Of a stretch of DNA of 64,000 nucleotides, positions 8,324-17,333 are shown in pieces (positions within the stretch are counted from its first letter, which is position 1; each line of letters starts with the position of its first letter). The notes under the pieces are model-generated. The model saw only the letters and a program-made list of their open reading frames with translations, had not been told where the DNA came from and ran no database searches. A program made the translations under genes and the position numbers. Origin of the DNA: Oscillospiraceae bacterium (GTDB lineage Bacteria > Bacillota > Clostridia > Oscillospirales > CAG-272); contig SVSM01000001.1 of assembly GCA_015064295.1 (NCBI GenBank), positions 17,668-81,667 on the forward strand, read 5' to 3'.

Positions 8324-8352
8324 ATTATAGCACAGAAGGGGAGGAATGTCAA
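8324..8352 (-). promoter_or_regulatory. Consensus sigma-A promoter for tRNA-Lys
   Basis: Reverse strand reads TTGACA, a 17-nt spacer, then TATAAT (-35 at 8352-8347, -10 at 8329-8324). Confidence 0.75.
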
Positions 8353-8384
8353 GAGCTACGGTGAAAAAAGTTAAGGGATTCCCC

Positions 8385-8418
8385 AAAGAGGAAAACGGGA
8401 CTGCAAGCAGTCCCGTTT
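8385..8418 (-). terminator. Terminator after ftsZ
   Basis: Stem AAACGGGACTGC / GCAGTCCCGTTT. The reverse strand continues TTTTCCTCTTT. Confidence 0.8.
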
Positions 8419-8421
8419 CAA

Positions 8422-9549
8422 TTAACCGTTGTTTTCGGTATTGTTATTTCTCTTTCTCTGAACCAGGTCCCAGATGTCCTTAAGAAGGTCATCGCCGGTG
8501 TCCTCGTCGTCGAAATCCACGTCAGCATCCTCGTCTTCAGAAGAAGCGGTACTGAAGGAAACCTTGGCGGTATCCTTCTTGGCTTCCTTCTTTTCGGTAT
8601 CAAAGCCGGTAGCCACGACGGTGATGTTCATGGTGTCCTCAAGAGACTCGTCGAAGGCAACACCCCAGATAACCTGTGCATCGGGATGGGCCTCGTCGGA
8701 GATGAGGGTAGAAGCGGTCTCGATCTCCTCAAGACCGATGTCGGGAGAAGCGGTGATGTTGATCAGGATGCCTCTTGCGCCGGCAATGGAGGTCTCAAGC
8801 AGCGGGCTGGAGATGGCAAGACGGGGAGCCTCGGTGGCCTTGTCCTTGCCGGTAGCGGAGCCGACACCCATGTGAGCGGCGCCACCGTTCTGCATGATGG
8901 CGGTAACGTCGGCAAAGTCGAGGTTGATGAAGCCCTCTACGTTGATCAGATCAGAGATGCTCTGAACGCCGTGACGAAGGATGTTATCGGCCTCGGCAAA
9001 GGCGTTGGCCAGGGTGATTCTGGTCTCGGAGATCTGCTTCAGTCTCTCGTTGGGGATGATGATGAGGGAATCGACGGCCTCGCGGAGACGCTCGATACCG
9101 GCCTCGGCAGAGACCATTCTCTTGCTGCCCTCAAAAGCGAAGGGCTTGGTTACGATGCCGATGGTGAGGATGTCGAGATCACGGGCGATCTTAGCCACGA
9201 TAGGAGCCGCACCGGTACCGGTACCGCCGCCCATGCCGGAGGTAATGAAGACCATGTCGGCACCCTTCAGGGCAGCCGCGATCTCCTCCTGGCTTTCCTC
9301 GGCAGCTCTTGCGCCGATGTCGGGGTTTGCGCCGGCGCCGTGTCCCTTGGTGATCTTATCGCCGATGGCGATCTTCTTGGGAGCAGCCGAGCGCATGAGG
9401 GCCTGCTTATCGGTATTGATGGCGATGAAATCCACGCCGCGGATGTTGGCGGCGATCATGCGGTTGACAGCGTTGTTACCGCCGCCGCCGACGCCGACCA
9501 CCTTTATATTTACGCCGCTATTGGGGGCATCTTCAAACTCGAATGGCAT
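8422..9549 (-). CDS. ftsZ: Cell division protein FtsZ
   Basis: 375 aa. Contains [17 protein letters not shown] and [10 protein letters not shown] tubulin-signature motifs, an acidic linker, and a C-terminal [15 protein letters not shown] tail. AGGAGG lies upstream of the ATG at 9549. Confidence 0.97.
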   Translation of the reverse strand: MPFEFEDAPNSGVNIKVVGVGGGGNNAVNRMIAANIRGVDFIAINTDKQALMRSAAPKKIAIGDKITKGHGAGANPDIGARAAEESQEEIAAALKGADMVFITSGMGGGTGTGAAPIVAKIARDLDILTIGIVTKPFAFEGSKRMVSAEAGIERLREAVDSLIIIPNERLKQISETRITLANAFAEADNILRHGVQSISDLINVEGFINLDFADVTAIMQNGGAAHMGVGSATGKDKATEAPRLAISSPLLETSIAGARGILINITASPDIGLEEIETASTLISDEAHPDAQVIWGVAFDESLEDTMNITVVATGFDTEKKEAKKDTAKVSFSTASSEDEDADVDFDDEDTGDDLLKDIWDLVQRKRNNNTENNG

Positions 9550-9696
9550 GTATGTATCCTCCTAAAAACTTTTTATATCCTGAATATAGAGTATTGCCTG
9601 AATTTTTTATATACAATATTATGATACTGTTTTTTTCGCCCTTATGCAAGACTTTTTTCAAAAATTAACTTTATGTTAACAATTATCGTCCAAATC

Positions 9697-10560
9697 TTAA
9701 CGGTAGGTAAAGGCATGGTCCTGCTTGGACACGATGACCTTGCTGACGTACTCCACGTTGATGGAGGCAATGACGTTGCCCTTGAAGGTCTCGTCCTCCA
9801 GCACCTTTGCCACGAAGCGGAGCTTCGTGTCGAGGCTTGCGGAGTTTCCGATCTGCAAAAGATAGCGGCCGTCTCCCACGTAAAGGGCGATGTGATAGCG
9901 GTCGGTGGCATCGATGCAGTCAACCTCGGGATAGAAGCTGTGGGCGGAAAGCTCGGAAAGAAAGTCCTTCATATAGCGGAAGGAGGAGGTTTGCGAGAAG
10001 CGGATCGACTCACCCACCACGGCGTAGTCCACCTCGGGCAGGAGAAGGTAGGTCACCGGCAGGGCGAGGACCTCGACCTCCTCGTATTGATCGTGACGGG
10101 AGACGACGCGGAGGGAATCGGAGAGAAGGAACCAGTCGCCGTGGATCTCGGCGCAATACTTCGGCGTATCCTCCACCACGGTCAGGATCAGCGTCGAGGG
10201 CAGGATGCGCCGGAAGGACACCTCACGGATGTAGGGATAGCTGCGAACGATGGCCTCCTCCACCTCGTCAAGATCGACGGTAAAGAGATTGGTCTTGGAG
10301 GTAAAGCCACAGACCTGCAGGATCTCGTCAGTGGAGTAGCGGTCATTGCCCCGGATCTCCACCTTTTTCAATCCAAAGAAGACGGCCACGCAGATCACGC
10401 AGATGACGGCGATCAACAAAGCGGCAATAAAGAAGTAGAAGACACGGCGAAAGAATTCCTTGCGGCGGTTTTTGAAGCGGAGCCTTGCGAAGGAGTCCTG
10501 ATTGACCAGCTCGGCGTTGGAAGGGATCTGGGAATCGCGGTTACGGTTGGCGCTGTCCAT
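9697..10560 (-). CDS. ftsQ: Cell division protein FtsQ/DivIB
   Basis: 287 aa with a short basic cytoplasmic N-terminus, one TM (FYFFIAALLIAVICVICVAVFF), then a POTRA-like segment (VEIRGNDRYSTDEILQ). Position between murG and ftsZ supports the call. Confidence 0.85.
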   Translation of the reverse strand: MDSANRNRDSQIPSNAELVNQDSFARLRFKNRRKEFFRRVFYFFIAALLIAVICVICVAVFFGLKKVEIRGNDRYSTDEILQVCGFTSKTNLFTVDLDEVEEAIVRSYPYIREVSFRRILPSTLILTVVEDTPKYCAEIHGDWFLLSDSLRVVSRHDQYEEVEVLALPVTYLLLPEVDYAVVGESIRFSQTSSFRYMKDFLSELSAHSFYPEVDCIDATDRYHIALYVGDGRYLLQIGNSASLDTKLRFVAKVLEDETFKGNVIASINVEYVSKVIVSKQDHAFTYR

Positions 10561-10645
10561 TTTTGATCGTGGCGCGCCGTCGGCGCGACTCCTTTCTTAA
10601 AATTTCGTCAGCCGTCGGGAAACGGTGACCGTGTAAAACAGTATA

Positions 10646-11767
10646 TCACATTTTTTTAGCATTGACAAGGTCTTTTATTTCATTATAAATCAAAATATTG
10701 GCGTTTTTGATGGCAAAACGGCCAAAATTTTCCGCCATGACCCGCCGTTTTTCCCGATCGGACAGGAGGGACGCCACCGCACGGGAAAGGGCGCCTTCAT
10801 TAAGATCCCGTTCCTCCAGCATAACAGCCGCCCCCGCATCGGCGAGGACCTTGGCGTTCTTGTACTGGTGGTTGTCGGTCACGTTGGGGGAGGGAATGAG
10901 GATGGCAGGCTTTTGCAGCAGGGCCAGCTCAGAGATGGTCATGGCACCGGCGCGGTTGATCACCAGATCGGCGGCGGCCAGGCGGTCGGGCATATCGTAG
11001 ATATAGTCCACCAGCTGCAAATTGGGATATTGATTCAGACCCAGGCGATCAAATTCCGCCTTGACGACGTCGTAATAGCCGACGCCGGCCTGATGGAGAT
11101 AATGGATCTCGGGATGCTGAGCCACGTAATCCTTCATCAGCCGCAGGGCTTCGGCGTTGATGGCTCCCGCCCCTAAGCTGCCTCCGCAGGAGAGGAGAGA
11201 GTAACGGTACCGACCCTCAAAGCCGAGGCGTGCTCTGGCTTCCTCCCGTTTGATGGAGGAAAAGCCCTGCTTCAGGGGATTGCCTACGTGAACGATCCTC
11301 TTGCAGGAGCGGATCTGCTCCGCCGTTTTTTCAAAATTGGTAAACAGAATGTCAACGTCGGAGGCAAGGAGCTTCACCGCCATGCCGGCCAGGGCGTTGG
11401 ACTCGTGGAGCGCCGTAGGGACGCCAAGGGCGGCGGCAGCCTTGATGAGAGGCCAGGAGACGTAGCCCCCCGTCCCGATGCAAACGTCGGGCTGAAAGCC
11501 GCGGATCAACTTTTTGGCCTTAGGCACCGAGGTCATCATCAGCCAAAGGGTTTTCAGGTTAGCAGGGGACAGACTGCGGCGCCAACCCTGCATTTCGATA
11601 TGATAGAGGGGAAAGCCCTCCTTGGGGACAAGGCGGTTTTCCATGCCGTGGGCGGTTCCCACGAAGGCGATCTCGGAGTCGGGCTCTTGTTCCAGGATGG
11701 TCTTGGCGATGGCAAGGGCGGGGTTGATATGACCGCCCGTGCCGCCTCCCGTCATAAGTACGCGCAT
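10646..11767 (-). CDS. murG: UDP-GlcNAc:lipid I N-acetylglucosaminyltransferase MurG
   Basis: 373 aa. MRVLMTGGGTGGHINPALA N-terminus and dcw cluster context. Confidence 0.95.
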   Translation of the reverse strand: MRVLMTGGGTGGHINPALAIAKTILEQEPDSEIAFVGTAHGMENRLVPKEGFPLYHIEMQGWRRSLSPANLKTLWLMMTSVPKAKKLIRGFQPDVCIGTGGYVSWPLIKAAAALGVPTALHESNALAGMAVKLLASDVDILFTNFEKTAEQIRSCKRIVHVGNPLKQGFSSIKREEARARLGFEGRYRYSLLSCGGSLGAGAINAEALRLMKDYVAQHPEIHYLHQAGVGYYDVVKAEFDRLGLNQYPNLQLVDYIYDMPDRLAAADLVINRAGAMTISELALLQKPAILIPSPNVTDNHQYKNAKVLADAGAAVMLEERDLNEGALSRAVASLLSDREKRRVMAENFGRFAIKNANILIYNEIKDLVNAKKM

Positions 11768-11845
11768 GAAGCTCTCCTTTTGATGGATTGGGGTAGCGCG
11801 TCAGCTCCGCACTCCGTTTGGAAGAGCGGGAGGGATGGCTCTGCG

Positions 11846-13279
11846 CTACAGATCTCGTTGGTAGGAATAGCGGGAAATGGACAGAACGACGCCCATCTCA
11901 CCCAGCTGGGTAATAAGGGCGGTACCGCCGTAGCTGAAGAAGGGTAAGCTGATACCGGTATTGGGGATGACGTTGGTCACCACGGCGATGTTCAGAGCGG
12001 CCTGAAGGGCGACCTTACTCACCAGGCCGATGACGACCAGGGAGGAGAAGGTATCGGGTGCCTTCAGCGCGATGACGAAGCCGCGCCAGATGAGAAGCAT
12101 AAAGAGAATGATGACCAGCGCCGCGCCGGCAAAGCCCAGCTCCTCCGCGATGATGGAAAAGATAAAGTCGTTCTGAGGCTGGGAAACGAACAGGTGCTTC
12201 TGGCGGCTGTTGCCGAGTCCGACGCCGAAGATACCGCCGGAGCCCACGGCGTAAAGACCCTGAAGGGTCTGCCAGATCTTGCCCGTGGGAGAGTAGTTTT
12301 CCGGGCGAAGCCACATATCCACACGCTCTCTTGCGTAGGGAACCAGCAGAACGGCGGGAATGAGGATCAGTGCCGCCGCACCGCCGGCGCCGACAAACCA
12401 TCTTGCGAGGGCCCCGCCGGCAAAAATAACCACCATACCGATGAGGAACAGAATGATAGTACCCGAGAAGTGACGCTCCAGAGCGACAAGGACACAGGCG
12501 GCTCCTACAATGGCCACCGGGATGAGCATCCCGAAGGTGGAGGCCTGCCAGAAGTTACGGTAATTGGTAATACGGTGCTGGTTACGGTCGATGTACAGCG
12601 CCAGCATAAAGACCAGCGCAAACTTCATGAACTCCGAGGGCTGAATGGTAATGGGCCCCAGTCGGATCCAACGCTGGGCGACACCACTGGCGATGCCGTA
12701 CACCAGCACGATGACGAGTAATGCGGCAACCCCGAGGAAAATCAAGACGGTAAACTTGCGGAGCCATCGGTAATCAAAATGCATAGCCACGATCATGATA
12801 CCGATGCCGACGGCGGAAAAGAAGATCTGCCGCTTGACGAAGTAGAAGCTGTCGCCGTAGCGGTTAAAGGCGTAGGCGTAGCTTGCCGAAAAGTCCATGA
12901 TGATGCCGAAGAGGGTGAGAATGATGACGAGCACCAAAAACAGCGTATCGTATCCGCCCTTCACCCGCACGATATCGGTGGGCTTGATGAAGTCGTTTTT
13001 GGGCGCGCGGCGTTTCTTTGCGGGAGGAACGGCACCGATGTTGACCGAGGCGGGATGGGGAGCCTCCTGTTTTGCCACAGGTGCCTCACGGGTGGTGGTG
13101 GGGCGTTTGACCTCCTCCTTGGGAAGGGGATTTCGCTCGGCCAGCCGCTTTTTGGCAGGAGGCGTGGAGCGGCCGTCGGGACGAAGGACCTTCTTTTGCG
13201 CCTCGCGGCGGGTCATGTTGCTGCGCCGAACCTTGTAGCCGCTTTTCTGTTTTTGTTGTTCGGGAGTGTTTCTGTTCAT
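11846..13279 (-). CDS. ftsW: SEDS-family FtsW/SpoVE with a basic N-terminal extension of about 110 aa
   Basis: 477 aa. Polytopic core ending ...LPFFSYGGTALITQLGEMGVVLSISR, typical of FtsW/RodA/SpoVE. Position between mraY and murG supports the call. Confidence 0.9.
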   Translation of the reverse strand: MNRNTPEQQKQKSGYKVRRSNMTRREAQKKVLRPDGRSTPPAKKRLAERNPLPKEEVKRPTTTREAPVAKQEAPHPASVNIGAVPPAKKRRAPKNDFIKPTDIVRVKGGYDTLFLVLVIILTLFGIIMDFSASYAYAFNRYGDSFYFVKRQIFFSAVGIGIMIVAMHFDYRWLRKFTVLIFLGVAALLVIVLVYGIASGVAQRWIRLGPITIQPSEFMKFALVFMLALYIDRNQHRITNYRNFWQASTFGMLIPVAIVGAACVLVALERHFSGTIILFLIGMVVIFAGGALARWFVGAGGAAALILIPAVLLVPYARERVDMWLRPENYSPTGKIWQTLQGLYAVGSGGIFGVGLGNSRQKHLFVSQPQNDFIFSIIAEELGFAGAALVIILFMLLIWRGFVIALKAPDTFSSLVVIGLVSKVALQAALNIAVVTNVIPNTGISLPFFSYGGTALITQLGEMGVVLSISRYSYQRDL

Positions 13280-13294
13280 GGGTGATCCGCCTTT

Positions 13295-14287
13295 TTACAG
13301 AATATCGAAAGCGTAAGCCAGAATCGAAAGGAGAAGGGTCAGCACCGAGAAGACCGAGACGATCCTGATCTCGCTCCAACCGCATTGTTCAAAATGATGG
13401 TGAATGGGTGACATCTTAAAGAGGCGTTTTCCGTGGGTAAGCTTAAAAAATGCCACCTGCAGGATGACCGAGAGGGTTTCGACGATATACATCAGTCCTA
13501 CGACCACCACGATCAGGGGATTATTTGCCATAAAGGCCATGCCCACGACCAGCGCTCCGAGGAAGAGGGAGCCGGTGTCACCCATAAAGACGCGGGCAGG
13601 GTAGAAGTTGTAGACCAAAAAGCCGATACAGCCGCCAAGAGTCGCCGCGGCGAAGACGGCGAGAGGCTCGTTTTCGATGCCGGTAAAGGCCACCGCCGAG
13701 AAGAAGGCAGCCACGACGGCGGTCTCCGAGGCGGCAAGGCCGTCGATGCCGTCGGTCAGGTTCACGCTGTTGACCACGCCGGTCAGAAGGATCACGGCAA
13801 AGGGATAGAAGAGCCAGCCCAGGGGAAGGGTGATCTTGAGAAAGGGAAGATACAGATCGGTGGACAGACCGCCGAAAAGCCCCATGGCCCCCAGGTAGAG
13901 CAGGGCGGCAAAAAGCTGAAGGAGGTACTTTTGCCAGGAGAGAAGGCCCTCGTTTTTGCCCTTGCTGAATTTGGTACGGTCGTCAAGGATGCCGATGCCG
14001 CCGTTCATCAGGGCGTAAAGCCCGGTAAACAGGGCGGGGAGCCAAGGGCCCTCCCAGCCGCTCACCCGCAGACCCGCCAGCACGGCGGTGACGATGACGG
14101 CGAAGGCGATGAGGAAGGAGAGACCGCCCATGGTAGGGGTACCTTCCTTGGACTTATGCCAGCGGGGACCGATGTCGAGGATCTTTTGTCCCAGCTTGCG
14201 GCTTTTCAGATATGGAATCAAAAAACGGAGGATCACCGCCGTGAGAGCAGCGGTCAGGATCAAGGTAAGAAGATAGGCAAACATCAT
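13295..14287 (-). CDS. mraY: Phospho-N-acetylmuramoyl-pentapeptide transferase MraY
   Basis: 330 aa. KxxTPTMGG (KEGTPTMGG), NLTDGIDGLA and FMGDTGSLFLG motifs. Confidence 0.95.
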   Translation of the reverse strand: MMFAYLLTLILTAALTAVILRFLIPYLKSRKLGQKILDIGPRWHKSKEGTPTMGGLSFLIAFAVIVTAVLAGLRVSGWEGPWLPALFTGLYALMNGGIGILDDRTKFSKGKNEGLLSWQKYLLQLFAALLYLGAMGLFGGLSTDLYLPFLKITLPLGWLFYPFAVILLTGVVNSVNLTDGIDGLAASETAVVAAFFSAVAFTGIENEPLAVFAAATLGGCIGFLVYNFYPARVFMGDTGSLFLGALVVGMAFMANNPLIVVVVGLMYIVETLSVILQVAFFKLTHGKRLFKMSPIHHHFEQCGWSEIRIVSVFSVLTLLLSILAYAFDIL

Positions 14288-14341
14288 GGTTGTCAGACGG
14301 CGTAAGCCGTTCCTTTCCCGAGCAAGGGAGCTCTTTTTCTA

Positions 14342-15742
14342 TCAGTTGTTTGGTTGGATCAGCTCGTCGGCTACCCGTTCCAAGCGGATGGAGTGGCTGG
14401 CCTTCAGCAGAACGGCGTCGCCGGGGCGCAGGGCCTTGCGTACCGCCTCGGTGAGAGGGGAGGCGTCGCTGACGTCGGGGAAGGGGAGCACCGCCTCGGG
14501 GGACATCCCGCAGGCAACGGCCTCCTCGGCGGCGTAGGCAGCGTCGGCCCCAAAGGTAAAGAGAAGATCCACCGGAAGGCCGGCGGCAAAAGCACCGATA
14601 CCGCGGTGAAGGGCTTCGCTCTGTTCACCAAGCTCAAGAACGCTGCCGAGAACGGCCACGGTGCGTCCCCCTTGATTTTCGGCCAATCGCTTGGTGACGG
14701 TAAGGGAGGCGCGGATCGACTCAGGGCTGGCGTTGTAGTAGTCAAGGACGTAGGTGATCCCGTTTTCCTGCCGAATGTTCTGCCGCATGCCCACACCCTC
14801 AAAGGCGGCAAGGCCGCGGCGGATCTCATGGGGAGTCAGGCCGGTCAGATGCCCCGCCGCCACGGCAAACATGGCGTCAAGGACAGTATGCTCACCCAGG
14901 GTGGCGATCAAGCAGTTTTCGATGACAAATCCGGGGCAGACGGCATCAAAGCGCATCCCCTCTGGGGTGTATCGAAGATTTACGGCGCGATAGGCAGCCG
15001 TCTCGTTGTACAGAGCAACGTAAATCGCACCCGCTACGTCGGCCAGCAGCGGCTCGTCGCCGTTCAGGAGGAGACGGCCGTCGGGCGCAAGGCCCTCCGC
15101 GATCTCCATTTTGGCGTCGCGGATGGCTTCCCGCGAGCCGAGAAACTCGATGTGAGCCGTTCCGATGTTGGTAATGACGGCGATGTCGGGATGAACCAGG
15201 TTGGTCAGATAGGAGATTTCTCCCTTGGCGCTCATGCCGAGCTCCAAAACCGAAGCCTGATGCTCGGGCGTCAGATCAAAGAGGGTGAGGGGGAGTCCGA
15301 TATCGCTGTTGTAGTTCCCCTCGGTCTTGTGGGTCAGAAAATGCTGGGAGAGGACGGCGTACAGAAACTGGCGAGTGGTGGTTTTGCCCACGCTTCCCGT
15401 CACGGCGACGGTGAGAGCGGGGCAAAGGGCCTTATGGTATTGCCCAAGTCGTCCCAAGGCCAGAATGGTATTCTCGCAGAGAACGACGGAGCAACCAAGA
15501 GCCTTCAGCTCCTCAAGCGGGATCTCCTCTTGCTCCACCAGGACGGCGGCAGCTCCCAGCTCGGCGGCCGATACCAGGTAGCGGTGGCCGTCGGTACGCT
15601 CCCCCGCAATGGCCACGAAGAGAGCCCCCTCCCGTGCATGACGGGAATCGGATACGGCGGAGGTAACGGCCTTGCCGCCGTCAAAGAGGAGGGTGCCTCC
15701 GCAGGCCTCGGCCAAGGCGGCGCCGTTTGGCAGATGTAACAT
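14342..15742 (-). CDS. murF: UDP-MurNAc-tripeptide:D-Ala-D-Ala ligase MurF
   Basis: The track ORF starts with TTG at 15763. I prefer ATG 15742 (MLHLPNGAA) behind GAAAGGA. Has the Mur ligase P-loop VTGSVGKTTT. Confidence 0.9.
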   Translation of the reverse strand: MLHLPNGAALAEACGGTLLFDGGKAVTSAVSDSRHAREGALFVAIAGERTDGHRYLVSAAELGAAAVLVEQEEIPLEELKALGCSVVLCENTILALGRLGQYHKALCPALTVAVTGSVGKTTTRQFLYAVLSQHFLTHKTEGNYNSDIGLPLTLFDLTPEHQASVLELGMSAKGEISYLTNLVHPDIAVITNIGTAHIEFLGSREAIRDAKMEIAEGLAPDGRLLLNGDEPLLADVAGAIYVALYNETAAYRAVNLRYTPEGMRFDAVCPGFVIENCLIATLGEHTVLDAMFAVAAGHLTGLTPHEIRRGLAAFEGVGMRQNIRQENGITYVLDYYNASPESIRASLTVTKRLAENQGGRTVAVLGSVLELGEQSEALHRGIGAFAAGLPVDLLFTFGADAAYAAEEAVACGMSPEAVLPFPDVSDASPLTEAVRKALRPGDAVLLKASHSIRLERVADELIQPNN

Positions 15743-15764
15743 AGTCGGAATCCTTTCGGTCAAA

Positions 15765-17228
15765 TCAGTAAACGCCCTTTTCGCGGAGGCGCCGGGCGGC
15801 GGCAGCCAGAACGATCTCCCGTTCCGAGAAGGGGCGGGTGTCCCCTCCCAGGATCTCGTATTCCTCGTGGCCTTTTCCGCAGAGGAGGATCACGTCGCCG
15901 GGAAGGGCGGCGGTAACGGCGTATTCAATGGCCTCTCTGCGGCTTTCGATGGCCGTATGGGAGGCATTTCCGTCAAAGCCCGACAGAATGGCGTTCATAA
16001 TGTCGGCGGTACGCTCACTGCGGCTGTTGTCGGCAGTCACGATGACGAAATCGGCAAGATGGGAGGCAATGCTTCCCATGACGGGACGCTTGCTTCGGTC
16101 CCGATCGCCGCCGCAGCCGAATAACAGCACGAGGCGTTGCTTGTCGGACATAAACCCGCGCACCGTCAGAAGAATGTTCTTGAGGGCGTCGGGGGTGTGT
16201 GCAAAATCAATATAAACGGCGTAGTCGCTGGTAGGAAGGGGGATCCGCTCCAGCCGTCCCTTGACCCCCTGAAAGCCGCCGATGGCGCCGCGGATGATAT
16301 CCTTCGGGATCCCGTCGGTAAGAGCAGCAACCGCCGCTTCCATGGTGTTCATGACGGTAAATTCTCCGGGGATGGGGGTGGTAATGCGGAACAGACGGTC
16401 GGTCGTGACCAGGTCGTAGGAGGAGCCGTAGCAGCCCTTGGGTACGATATGGGTGGCGGTAAAATCGGTAGGCTTTTCCCTGGCGGAGCAGGTATAGATC
16501 CTGCCGGTAGCATGGGCAGCCATATAGGAGGCGTGAGGATCGTCGGCGTTCAGGATCGTACGCCGGGCCTGTCGGAACAGGGTGGCTTTAGCAGCGGCGT
16601 ATTCCTCCATGGTGCTGTGAAAATCCAGGTGCTCGGGCGTCAGGTTGGTAAAGACGGCGGCGTCAAAGACGATGGGGGCCAGCTTTCCGAGGGACAGGGC
16701 GTGGGAGGAGGCCTCCATAAACACGTGGGTGACGCCCTCCTCCCGAAGCTCCGCCAATTTCGGATAGAGCTCGGCAGGATCGGGGGTGGTCAGCTTACCC
16801 GTGAGGGTGCCGATGACGGCCGTCTTGTAGCCCGCCATGGCGTAGATGGCGTGGAGCATCGAGACCACGGTGGTCTTGCCGTTGGTGCCGGTGACGGCGG
16901 TGATCTTCAGGGCTTTCCAGGGATCGTGATATAAGCGGGAGGTTAAGATCGCCTCCCCCTTGCGGGTATCGGGCAGAACGAGATGGGGGATCTGCCGCCT
17001 CGTCAGAAGATCGATGACGGCGGGACGGGCTTCTGCCGCAACACAGGCAACCGCCCCCGCCCGCAGGGCGTCCTCTACGGCATCGTGGCCATCGCGCTTG
17101 AAGCCCGAGATGCAGACGTAGAGAAACCCGTCACGACAGCGCGCGGGATCGGGGGTGATGCCGAGAATGTGAGGGTCTTTTCCGAAGAGACGGGGAGAAA
17201 AGGGGGCGGACAGTTGAGAAAAGGTCAT
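15765..17228 (-). CDS. murE: UDP-MurNAc-L-Ala-D-Glu:diamino acid ligase MurE
   Basis: 487 aa. P-loop VTGTNGKTT; C-terminal region with DNSRSE (MurE DNPR-like position). dcw context. Confidence 0.93.
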   Translation of the reverse strand: MTFSQLSAPFSPRLFGKDPHILGITPDPARCRDGFLYVCISGFKRDGHDAVEDALRAGAVACVAAEARPAVIDLLTRRQIPHLVLPDTRKGEAILTSRLYHDPWKALKITAVTGTNGKTTVVSMLHAIYAMAGYKTAVIGTLTGKLTTPDPAELYPKLAELREEGVTHVFMEASSHALSLGKLAPIVFDAAVFTNLTPEHLDFHSTMEEYAAAKATLFRQARRTILNADDPHASYMAAHATGRIYTCSAREKPTDFTATHIVPKGCYGSSYDLVTTDRLFRITTPIPGEFTVMNTMEAAVAALTDGIPKDIIRGAIGGFQGVKGRLERIPLPTSDYAVYIDFAHTPDALKNILLTVRGFMSDKQRLVLLFGCGGDRDRSKRPVMGSIASHLADFVIVTADNSRSERTADIMNAILSGFDGNASHTAIESRREAIEYAVTAALPGDVILLCGKGHEEYEILGGDTRPFSEREIVLAAAARRLREKGVY

Positions 17229-17333
17229 GGAAGGTCACTCCAATCGTAAAATTTCGTCTTGTTACGTCGGAGATTTTTTCTTCCTTGCTTTCAAACGCTC
17301 GGTGTTTGGTGCTTCGCCCGATTGACTTAGGGG

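Noticed and set aside
9550-9696. Looked for a missed ftsA or sbp-type gene between ftsQ and ftsZ.
   Set aside because: There are only 147 nt of AT-rich sequence here, with promoter-like hexamers and no ORF of meaningful length.
14354-15739. 461-aa plus-strand ORF antisense to murF. The same pattern occurs at 17625-18857 and 18858-19586 (antisense to the PBP gene), 16137-16934 (antisense to murE) and 13433-14305 (antisense to mraY).
   Set aside because: All lie fully inside well-supported dcw genes on the opposite strand and have low-complexity Gly/Asp/Val/His-rich products. They are shadow ORFs.
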